Assembly: GCF_964204645.1 (NCBI RefSeq) | Contig: NC_134030.1 | Coordinates: 5,498,778 to 5,562,777 of the forward strand | DNA from: Tubulanus polymorphus | Lineage: Eukaryota; Animalia; Nemertea | Length of the DNA: 64,000 nt | Direction: 5' to 3' | Shown here: piece by piece, positions 53,683-64,000 of the stretch | Layout of the letters: the number at the start of each line of letters is the position of its first letter | Position numbering within the stretch: position 1 is the first letter of the stretch | Notes under the pieces: model-generated | The model's database searches: none | What the model was told of the DNA's origin: nothing | What the model saw: only the letters and a program-made list of their open reading frames with translations | Made by a program: the position numbers and the translations under genes

Positions 53683-56600
53683 CTAATAATTTCCTACATG
53701 TATATAAAACTCTAGGAAATGTTCTGGTGACTGGTTATAAGATAGAAATACTACGAAAAAAGCCTTGTATATATGCAATACCGAGGGAGCAACATTTTTC
53801 AAAGGTTGACATTTTGTAACGGTCACCTTGTGTGTACAGACCGAATATACGCCAAAGTCCCTTATGGTTGCGTTTCGTTAATTCGTCTCATTTATCATTC
53901 GGTCGACCCTGAGGCATTTGGATGTTAATTTCAATTATGGAGGACCCTCAACGCGTAACTAATGATCTCAGATCTGGCTTTGATGTCTGGCGACCAAACA
54001 ACACCGAACGAAACTATGTCAGACAATGGCGAAAAGAAATTCTAAGATTCTTTCTATCTTCGACCCACCAGATTTTTGTGTTGAACGTGATGCGTTTACG
54101 GTTCTAACCACATTATTTTCGCATTTTTTGTAAACAACGTGAGCAAAAATCGTACGTCATTATATACCAAACGTGTACTAATGTAAATGAAAATTGAACT
54201 TTCAAAAACAGCAGATTTACGAATCTATATATCCACGTACATATGTTTGAGAATATGCACATTGCTTCGTCTGGGATGAACATTTTACATAATTTTCATT
54301 CTGTTTTTTACCGTATTTCAACGATAATTTCTTAAACCTAAACCTTCAGTATTATGTAAGTAATCCATGTACGGTAAATCAAAGTATTTTGATAGTTAAG
54401 ACGAAATACTTCCAAAGGCTATGTTCAAAAACACAAAATATGAACCCTTGAATATTGGTCGTATATGTTATTTTCAGGATCCAGCCCTGTCAAAAGAAAC
54501 AACGTTCTTCAAAAAATACACATATTCATATTTTTCGATGGGCCCGAAATCCAACCCTACGCGATCCTTGAAAGCCGTACGTGTTGTGTAGGAAACGCAT
54601 TATTCAGAACATATGGCTGAAACATTATCGTTTAGATAACGAATAAGTCGGGCCGGTGTTATTTGTAAAACATACATAAACCAAACACATTTCAACTCGT
54701 CAAATAGATAACCGAGCCCCCCAAAAAATATCATATCGGAAAATCTCCGCGACAGCTCGTGCGGCGCATGCGCGCATATACATACGACAAAATAGGTGAT
54801 TGGGATTCGTTTGTGTTTTGGTATAGCTCGTCGATAACCCTTCAACTTTGACATCGAATGACCCCGCGCGACGACGCGTCATCCGGCGAATAAGCTTTTT
54901 GTGAGAAAATCTTACCTTAGCGGCGTGGACGTCTGCTGCAGTTTGGCTGCTTGGTCACCCCCTCGCCTGCCCGGAACAAACAACCTGCATATGAACTAAC
55001 AACCATTATACTAAGGGTACAATTACACCATATGAAACCCGAATCTTTACACAACGTGTGCGCAATACGACGTTCTGATTGGTCTGCGGTTTTTGTTTCT
55101 ACGACGTCTGGGTAATGTATCAACCACGAAGAGGTCTATAGCTTATGTGTGATAAAATACCGCAGGCCTCTCCATATGGCCTATATTAAGAGTCGGCATA
55201 CCTTTGTAGTAGACTCGGTAATCGTCTGAAGTTAAGTGGCCGGTGTCAAAGATTGTAACAAATGACCACGTACCATTTCGAGACTGGGACAGAATGACAA
55301 ATTAGAGGCTCTGATTAGTTATGATGCTTTGTCCGCGACTGTACGTAACAGTGACATCTGGTATCGACCTGGTTAGACCACGTAGAAGCATTCCCTCGGC
55401 CTCGTCAAACACCAGTTTGTTCTGTGATGTTTGCCGCTTACCATTACTGCTATAGCAATCAACAACAACAACATGCGTGGCCTCATTAATGCGTGGCTAC
55501 TGTCTGTATCATATGATACCAGGTTTCTAAATACATGGATACTACCGTCGAGATTAGGTACACGTAAACCTAACGATTTTTGTAATATGATCAATCATAT
55601 GCATCTATAACTCATATAAATATATAAAGCAGCAATATCTATTCCTTCTCTAATAACTGTCGCTTCCGTTTGTCCTATTTCGTTCTGGCTTTCTCTACAC
55701 AAGGGGAAAAAGCTTCGCTATCATTGATAGGCCATTTACAGAAACCATTACTCGCCCGTCAGTCGCGTTTCAAAAGTGCACTGATACGTGAGACGGTATG
55801 AGATATTGGGCACATATGCCCCGCTAAGTGTAGCGGGTCCTCCGGAGACCGGAGCTGTCAACCTTGCGGTAAGACCCGATGCTTTATTTCATTAATACGA
55901 TTACGCAACTGGACTGCGCTGCCGTTTGGGAAAAACGTGAAGACGAGATATAATTTCATTTATACGCTCCTGACAGGCTATAAGCCACATGCGCATCCTA
56001 TGCGGTTTTTTTAAGAGACGAAAATATTTTCCACACTCTGGCGAACCTCCCTAGCTTCGCATTATACCTATATCCTTATTCAAGAGATCATTTTCTATTC
56101 ATTTACATATTCATTTCACGACGACTAAGACCAGCGTGGTTGGTATTTGTGTCACACATGGCAGTCGTTCGAAGAATGAAAAAAAAAACAACATATCTTT
56201 ACTACAAAAATGGAGTATTTTAAACCGTGATTCCAGTAAATAATCATCATATATTTTTCTCGGATTATTGGTTCTTTCGCGAGTTATGCAACAACAAACG
56301 TCGTCGTTGGGGAAACTGAAATGCTAATGGAAAACTCTGTCGATAAAAAGATACGTGTAATTCGTGTATAACTGGCGAGCACGTGAGAAGTGCCTTCACG
56401 TGTTCACGTGTAGATAATTCTGCAATGGTGAGATAATTTGACGTAATTAACGATCAAGTTCTGGGTGACTGGGAATTTCGCCGATCGTGTTGAGAATTGT
56501 CTTCTAAGATCCGTAGCTCGTATATTCGTTCGCGGTGAATCTAACCATCCGTAGTCGATTCTAATATAACTATTTAAATATCTATATGAACGGGATTTTG

Positions 56601-58845
56601 AGGTCCTTTTACTAAGCTTTCGGATGATTGTAACGAAAGTTCGATTTGCCTTTTTTAACTTCGTGTTCAAGTAAGTTATGTGAATGAACTGATATAATGT
56701 AAAAACTTCGATGATTTCTGCTTCGAAGCCTGGATAAATCATTCTCAAATTTTAAACTTGAGTAGAATGTGTAACCGGGTCTAGAGTGATAGATATCTCG
56801 GAATATTTAAATGACGGCAGTTGTTGCAGCATCAGCCTTCAATTCCGTTATCATCAATCTCTGCGCATCGTTTTGAGTCGAACGATTTTGCAAATAAGGC
56901 TGCGTGGCAATTACAAGGGTCGGGGCTTAGCTTTAAATCTGCCATGGGGATTAAGTCAAGTGAGGCGAGCTTGAGTGACAACAATTCTATTTGACAATGA
57001 CGTCTCTTTGATAGCAGATCGCACAGATTGGCCTGCTTGGTCAGCCTCCCGGGATTTACATATTCTCCGGCCTCCTAGATGTTTTCTCTTGTCTCGGTTT
57101 TAGTGGTCGATGATATTATGCTGATGGGAGTTGTTGTTGAAGGCCGTATTGGGCAAATAGATAACCGTCGAGACGCAGTTTCTAGTTAGAGAGCGTCGTC
57201 ATCAACTCTAATATTCGAAATTCGGATTTTTTACTTTAATCGCTAATCGAGGTAGGAATTCCATTGAATATTTCATATATCATTTTGTACGAAGCAAAAC
57301 GTGGTAGAAGTTTCCAAGTCGTTTACACCAAAGTAGTATGTTACTTTCGTTTTACTGTAATAATGCTCTGTTGCCTTGCTCATGATAGCCTACTAGCGCC
57401 TTCTACCGGGTTGCGTCGGCGATTACGTAATGAGGTGGCACGGCTGTATGTCACGTGATACGGATTGCGCGCATCGAGGGAGTGGAAAAATGCTTCAAAC
57501 TAATGCCTAGACTGAAATTACATGCATAAATGTTTTTCAGTCTATTCTCAAATGAATGTTGTTATTCATTAGTTTGTCGGTCTTGTGTGTCTGGTTCATT
57601 TCCATTTTAGCCCAGTAATAGATATACGGTTGATTCGATGTTTTTGCACGCTACTCGAAAGCAGCTCGGCGAGTATGCGTCTGTGGACAGAATTACGTTA
57701 AGATCCCGCGGGTTTATCGTGGGTTGGTTTTGCTCAATCATGTGTAACTTCGAAGACGCGTCGTGCATTATTCATCCGCAAAATTTGCCCCCGAACCCCT
57801 CGTGGCTTTCAGGTCCGCGCAAAGTTTCAGCTTTTTCGTTTTTTATGCAAAATTGACACATCCGACCGGACCAAAATGCCCGGAATCGTAGAACTCGATC
57901 AACGACACGAAATATGAAATCATTTCTATATCATTCTTCGGTTAGGGGTGGTTCGAAGAGATAACGAGCCTCGCTAGCGAGGATGGTTCGCTAGCTATTA
58001 TTTCGATTATTTTGGCCGTCGAAGCCGTCGCGATAGAATCAATCTGATTACGACTGATACGACGTATTTGATCGACAGGCGTATTTAACTGCGCGGAGCA
58101 TCGGCAAACGGACGGACGCACTGAGCCACATTTTAATGTCCTATCCATCATAACTCTGGAATTGTAGACGAACGCATCGAAGTATGTGATATGGCGGAGA
58201 TCGATTCTGATATTTACAGCCTCCGCGCTTTCTCATCAGACCGAATTCTCTTTGATCGAGCCGCCATATATTAATCCGTCGTCGTCATCGTCGAATAAGT
58301 ATTTTTTTTCGACTATAGTCTTTACTAAGCGGTCGAATAAACAGAGCGTGTTCGGTAAGACACGCGATGCGTAGAGAAAAACACGTCTTACCTGAACTGA
58401 ACTGCGATCGTAATATTCCGAAAATGCATCCAAAATCGCAGTCTCAATAAGATCTCGAAGATAGTAATATCCAAAACTGATAATTTCCTTACTATTATTT
58501 ATTTTAATCCGCACACGTATACATCATATATGTACATTACAATATATATATATATATGAATATGTTTTTCTAATCCACAAAACGTTTAAACTGAAATGAG
58601 CATTGCATTTTACGCGCAGTAATCCGTTTTATACCACTACTGATATACCGTAGCGGTGAAATGTGCGAATGCAACGGTGTTATTCAACGAAATGTGGCTT
58701 TTCATCCCTTTGGCGGTGCATCTATCAACGCTAATGACTTTCGAGGGGAAATTTTTGACTCGGGACGTAGTTTATATGATTTATATCTATGTTTAGATAA
58801 TTAATGGTGCTTTGATGTCTTGTCGATTGTTGATTTTCTTGGCCT

Positions 58846-58918
58846 CTTGTATTTTTCAGCAGACGATTTTCATTGTGCGGTGCAAAGCGCTCCCATTGGC
58901 TGACGGCCATCACGTGAC
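58846..58918 (+). promoter_or_regulatory. Hox3 proximal element: splice acceptor plus inverted CCAAT box and E-box
   Basis: TTGTATTTTTCAG|CAG tandem acceptor (58859/58862), ATTGG (58895-58899), 11-nt spacer, CACGTG (58911-58916) within TCACGTGAC. Confidence 0.7.
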
Positions 58919-58951
58919 AACGAGCAGACGACGCCGGACCATGTGTTAACT

Positions 58952-59354
58952 ATGTCTGACTTCTGCCAGAATGAAATCAATTTTATAAATCGAGAGATGC
59001 AGAAAGGCTACTACCACGACCCTGGACAGGGATATGCGGGCTATTACGGCGGAAATGGCTACGCGTTCGACGGTCCCGGGTACGGACCCGAACATGTTCC
59101 AGAAGGGGCGTATCGTGCCTCGTGTTACATGCAAACACCGCTATCGCATACGATCCCGGCTACGTGCACCGAAAATGGGGTCTATCCGCAACATTACAAC
59201 GCCTCCTGTATGCAGGACGCGACCAGCAATGGAATTGTGGCCGGTGCCCCGGTGAATCAAACCCACGCCGTTACAACGACGACGAAGGAAATTTACCCGT
59301 GGATGCGTGAATCCAGACAGAACGCCAAAAACAAGCAGCTTTCACCTGTCGGAG
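58952..59354 (+). CDS. Hox3: Hox3 first coding exon (N-terminus, hexapeptide, linker); homeobox exon not in window
   Basis: MQKGYY (ATG 58997) matches the paralog-group-3 MQKATYY start. NGYAF, YRASCYMQ and NASCM match PG3 motifs, and KEIYPWMRESRQN matches the PG3-diagnostic K-x-I-F/Y-PWMKESRQN. Phase-1 donor AG|GTAAGA at 59354|59355. There is an in-frame upstream ATG at 58952. Confidence 0.95.
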
Positions 59355-59659
59355 GTAAGACAACCTAGATTTATGTTGTATTATGACAGATGACGTCGAT
59401 TAGGGACCTAATGAGGTCATTATTATCTGTCAGAAACCTACTAAAAACTACTCACAAGCCGCGCTGGCGTGTTTTATACAAAAACTCATTCATCGATAAC
59501 CCATCAGATGGGTGAAAAATTATAGTAAAATTCCGACCAATAACGTGCGCCGGTTTTTACTACGGTTGTAAATGAAAATCTAGGGCACATGTCACTAGCC
59601 CCATACATCATGCAATAGTGAATCAATAGTCGTTGCAGTGACAAACAAACCGGTGGTCC

Positions 59660-60040
59660 ATCCGGCATAATAAATTTTGCTACGGCTTTGTGCTAATGGA
59701 TTTATTGGACGTTTATTGCGCGATGTAGTTTACGAAATGTTCGGTTAGTGTTCGTTCTGCTTCTCATGCGCATCGCAGTAGCGTGTGGAGCGCGGCGTAA
59801 ACGACGATCCGAGGACCCGGTTCCAGCCATTCGCATCCGTCCGGAAGTTCGTAAAAGACGGTGGCTAGGTCTGGCGTAATTTACCTTTGATTACCGGTTT
59901 ACTGGTTTATTATAGGGGGGATGAAATGATTTATGGTATACTTCATTGTGTATCATAAATCAACTCGCCAAATTACGGACATGACGCAAATATGATTAAA
60001 CTTTACGTTTCAAAATTGCCTTATGTCGTTTTATGAGCTG
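59660..60040. promoter_or_regulatory. Candidate Hox/Pbx/Cdx-responsive intronic enhancer of Hox3
   Basis: TGATTTATGG (59927-59936) and TCATAAATCA (59953-59962, reverse complement TGATTTATGA), plus TTTATTGG, TTTATTG, TTTACGA, TCGTAAAA and TTTTATGA. Confidence 0.5.
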
Positions 60041-63000
60041 CCAATTTTCCTAAATCCAGCGTTCGCCGATTTGCTTCGAAAACTACCGCAGAATAACAAT
60101 TCTCTTTTCTAAATTATCATTTGACGTAAGAAAGTGACAAGATAAAGACGTAGCCTTATAAGAACCAGCACACGATAAGTATATACGGCTACCGAAAGCA
60201 CGCGAATGTTGAATCAATCCTGAGCAACTGTGTGATACAGTATTAACGGGTTTTTAGCGTTTTCCTATCATATCAAGTATGCAAACAACCAACTGCATGA
60301 TATTGTGTCCCCCCAATAATGGAAACATAACATCGTTACGAAACTAATATAGAAACGGTGTACTCGGGAGAGAGGTATTTTAACTGGGATGGCATTCCCT
60401 CGTCGGCAATCGGTGAACGTGAAATGCAACATTAATTAAATGAAATTTTTCAGCTGACTCAACCAAACTTATCCAGCCAGATCCGACTAAGTCGATTTGG
60501 AATACCAATCTTGGCGTCGCGCGAGCCGTCCATTAAAAATAAAGCTCTCGGCTAGCTTCTTCCCGAACGCCTGGTTAAAGCTTTACTTTTCGTGCTTTAT
60601 TTATTTTCGTTTCTTCGATTCGGGAATAACACGAGAAAAAATGCCGACGCAATTTACTAAAAGTTTTTACGAGACTCTTGATTCAGTCAAGTTGAGCGCG
60701 TACACAATGCACAATTACACAAATGAGACAAATGGTTTTAAAAATTTGACATTTTGACTAAATTGAAAACAATAGTTCATTGCGCTGATTGCGCAAGATT
60801 TTTTCAATCCACTCTAGTCACCTGGCCAGACAATGCAGTTATTCTAAAAATTCTGATGAAAATAACGCCGACATCGGTGCAGAAAAAAGGCTTTAATCAG
60901 GCAAAGAGGTTCGTTAACACCGAATGCTTCTCGGTGTCGTGCCATTCAAACTCATTCAAAGACCATTTTCTTGCGAGTAAAAGGATTAGGCGCCTTAAGA
61001 CGCCGCCTCTATTCATCTGTGATCAAACAGCATAAAAAGTCAAGTTTCGTGACCGGTTCGGTCTTTTGAAATCGCTCCGAAAAGTCAGCGATTAGCTAGG
61101 CGAAGTCAGTTAGCCTGCGCTGCCTTTGTCGAGACACGTGTTACGCCCGAATTTCCGGATTCAAACCGCGATTATGTCTCTTTCATATACTCAAATATTA
61201 GCCGTTTCATACGTGTATATTTGAAACTCACTGAGATAGTCTTTGAGGCTACGTCATTGTAATGAATTGGTAATTGACTTACCTTCACAAAATACGTAAT
61301 TGTCACGTATAGTAGGATCTGATATGGTGCACAGCCAACCCCATGACTCGAACTGTTTCGTGGCTCTTTCTTTCTTCATTAACGTGTACTATACCTTTAA
61401 ATACTTATTGGATCACATTTCAAGAATTAATGACCCGCCAAACTCTTTTTTATACTTCACTCGTCAGCATGACGGTTGATTTTGTGGGAAATGCGGTATC
61501 GCATTCAATGTATCGGTTTCTCGCGAACCACAGGTACATTGGAAAATAATGTAACAAGTCGCCAATATGAAAGTAAACAAACAAGGAATGCAGATATGGA
61601 CTTGGTAAGAAACCCAAGAATAAAAAAAAGAAAAGCAATTAATGAATTTCAATGTTTCGACTATGTTTTCGACGTGTATAAACTAATACTGATGATGAAT
61701 ATCTCCAAAACGAGCACAGACAGAGTGTTTCATCACAATTATGGACATGTCCAGGGCCCCAGTTTCAATTCAACGAAGGCGACTTCACATTTCATTAGTA
61801 TTAAAGAAGTTCGTTCAGACGACCCCGTGGATGTATTAGGTTATCCTTGAGAGGTGTCTCGGGTCCCAGTCAGTCGACCATCATATACTTGTATCGGTCG
61901 TGTGGACGTATTTTATACGATATCGTTAGACTACAACAACGCCCTGGGGCCAGTGATTTTATAGACAACGATCGACGCCAATCTCAGTAAATAATCAAAC
62001 TGATTGCAATTGTCCTCAGTGGCCAATATTCACCGGATTCATGACACAATTTACAAACATAACACCGAAGTGGCAATTTACAATTACGGTAATTGTTCCC
62101 CGTCGAGCGATCTGTTGCCCCCAGGTGCCCGGTGCGATCACGTCCTCGTCCACCAGTGTCTATTGTATATACATACACGATTCCACGATTCCACGGGTTT
62201 CGTATTAATCGCCGTTGTAAGGATTGCTTTCATCCGAAATGGTAGCTTTTTATTTCATACGAAATAATTCCGTTATTCACTTTGCACATCGACGTTGCTA
62301 CCCACCCACATGTTTTAGCCGCTACAATAAGTTAATCGAAACGGTTAATTTGTTGCGCATCTTGACAAGGGAACGTTTATGGGATTTGAGTTTCCAACGG
62401 GTTTTCGTTCAATTTCATTTTGATTTCCCTGTCGCTCGCACCAATCTGCCTAACATTTGATTCGCTTAATTATCGATGTTTCTGCGGCACGTTGTACAAC
62501 AGTTTTTTGTTGTTATATCTCGATTTGTAAATGGAAATGCTTCCTTCGAAGCTCACCTGATAGACAGTTAAATCAATCACAGATTTGTTTTTCGAAATAG
62601 AATAGTCATCGAGACAAGAGTCCATGTCGAGACGTAGTTCAAACGTCCGTGTTCTGGTATGATCACTCTTTCCATTAGAATTGGTGATTTGTCTTTGAGA
62701 TGCACCAACTACTAGTTTCTACTGCTCCCAAAAGTATCAGAATACTCTTAAAATAAAAATAACTTAGTTCATTATCAATTAAACTTGCATTTACTGGTCT
62801 ACAACTAAGACGCGCGTGTTTATGTCCCGCGAACCCTTTGCTGACACGTCGTTTTGGCAAACTTGCTATGACTCAAATAGATGGGTTTTCTTTTTTTTCA
62901 AACTTTCTTCAAAGATTGAATAACGACGATGGCAATACTTCTGTCCAACGGTTTCTATAGCCGTGTAGTCGAAAAAGCAGCAACATATGGTAGGATTTAG

Positions 63001-64000
63001 AGAACACATTGCGCACAAGTGGTGTTGCGTATACCAGTTACGTCACTGTTTCATAATCCTATAATGAAAATATTAACAATGCACGTGCCTGATATTATGC
63101 CACGAGCTCCAGGTAAACGGGACCAGTTGTTATAAACGACGCCTGATTGCGTCCGTATGGTTTAATTAGTTGTTTAGGAAAGGATAGCTAGGCAATTGCA
63201 CTGCCTCGATTAATTCCGATAATTCACATTCGTTGAAATTAACGCTTTGTATATGCTAGAATGAAGTCAAACTCGAGTTAGAGACCATGGAACACCGGGT
63301 GCTTCATCGACCTAGAACCGACTGGGCTTCCAGAACTGATCGCTCACAATGGAAATCAGTGAAATTTACGTGTTTCTAATCGTTCGCTAAATTCTGAATG
63401 TCGAATATTCATTATGCCATTTGACCGCTATAATTCATCCACGTTTTGCACGTGTTCGCAATGAGTTAGAATGGGTTTGATTTGCGGCATCGATGGACGA
63501 ACAATTTTATTGCTTTAGACGCTCTCGTATAAGAAGGTTATCCGAAGATAATTGCAGCCGATGCAACATGATTGCAGACTCGCGTCGTGGGTCAGTAGTA
63601 ATTATGTCTCGGCCGGGGCTGTATTTCTGTCGGTGCGGAACTCGATTACATATGAAGCCCTTTCTTCTCTAAGTATATACCTTTCAAACATCTGCCAGGT
63701 TCGGATTCCCGTGCTTTACATGTCCATAGCGTATGGCGTGGTCAACCAAATGAAGTATTGCATTCTTTGGATTGAATATCTCAAATACCCGGGATTGTTC
63801 AAGTCTTCCAAAATCGACGTAAACAGATGTTAGTTTGATATTTTTCGCAATAGATGTATAGGAAAAAATACAAAATCTTGTAGAATAAAACGCTGCGTTT
63901 GTGGTATAGTCATTTTAGCGTGGTGTAGTCCAAGTAAAAACAAAAGCCTTTGACCCGTAATGTCGAGAAGCCCATATAGTTTGTTCGTGTCGGGAATTTT

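Noticed and set aside
61277-61285. Isolated strong splice donors (minus-strand AAG|GTAAGT here; others at ~13176 and ~43186)
   Set aside because: No paired acceptor or promoter context was identified; compatible with chance frequency.
165-63833. All other ORFs in the six-frame track (60-130 aa)
   Set aside because: No recognisable domains, low-complexity or AT-biased composition, many non-ATG starts, and lengths as expected by chance.
59355-64000. Hox3 homeobox exon
   Set aside because: No KRARTAY/ELEKEFHFNRYL/WFQNRR-like sequence was seen, so the intron is presumably longer than 4.6 kb. The ORF tail GKTT* (59355-59368) is intron read-through.

Overview
This is animal genomic DNA, almost entirely non-coding, from a Hox cluster. 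The only well-supported protein-coding sequence is the first coding exon of Hox3 (+, 58952/58997-59354), with an MQK-x-YY N-terminus, the KEIYPWMRESRQN hexapeptide and a phase-1 GT donor. Its homeobox exon was not found in the window and presumably lies downstream. About 33 kb upstream, on the opposite strand, is a clear miR-10-family hairpin with miR-993 arms (26044-26125). This is the position and orientation known for miR-993 between Hox4/Dfd and Hox3 in protostomes. Together with a non-zen-like Hox3, it suggests a non-insect protostome, probably a lophotrochozoan (inference). The first 98 bp may be the C-terminal tail of Hox4/Dfd (weak). The rest is intergenic or intronic DNA with small MITEs, truncated LINE/LTR relics, microsatellites and dense transcription-factor motif clusters. 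Most interesting inferred structure: (i) a chain of minus-strand splice signals that could form a spliced antisense host transcript from the Hox3 promoter to miR-993, one exon of which encloses a candidate sense-strand Hox3 leader exon; (ii) four CTCF-like sites carrying the upstream module at matching spacing; (iii) a vertebrate-like NF-Y/E-box element and stacked uORFs at the Hox3 start. All other ORFs in the track look spurious. Motif calls were made by eye, without PWM scans, folding or database searches.
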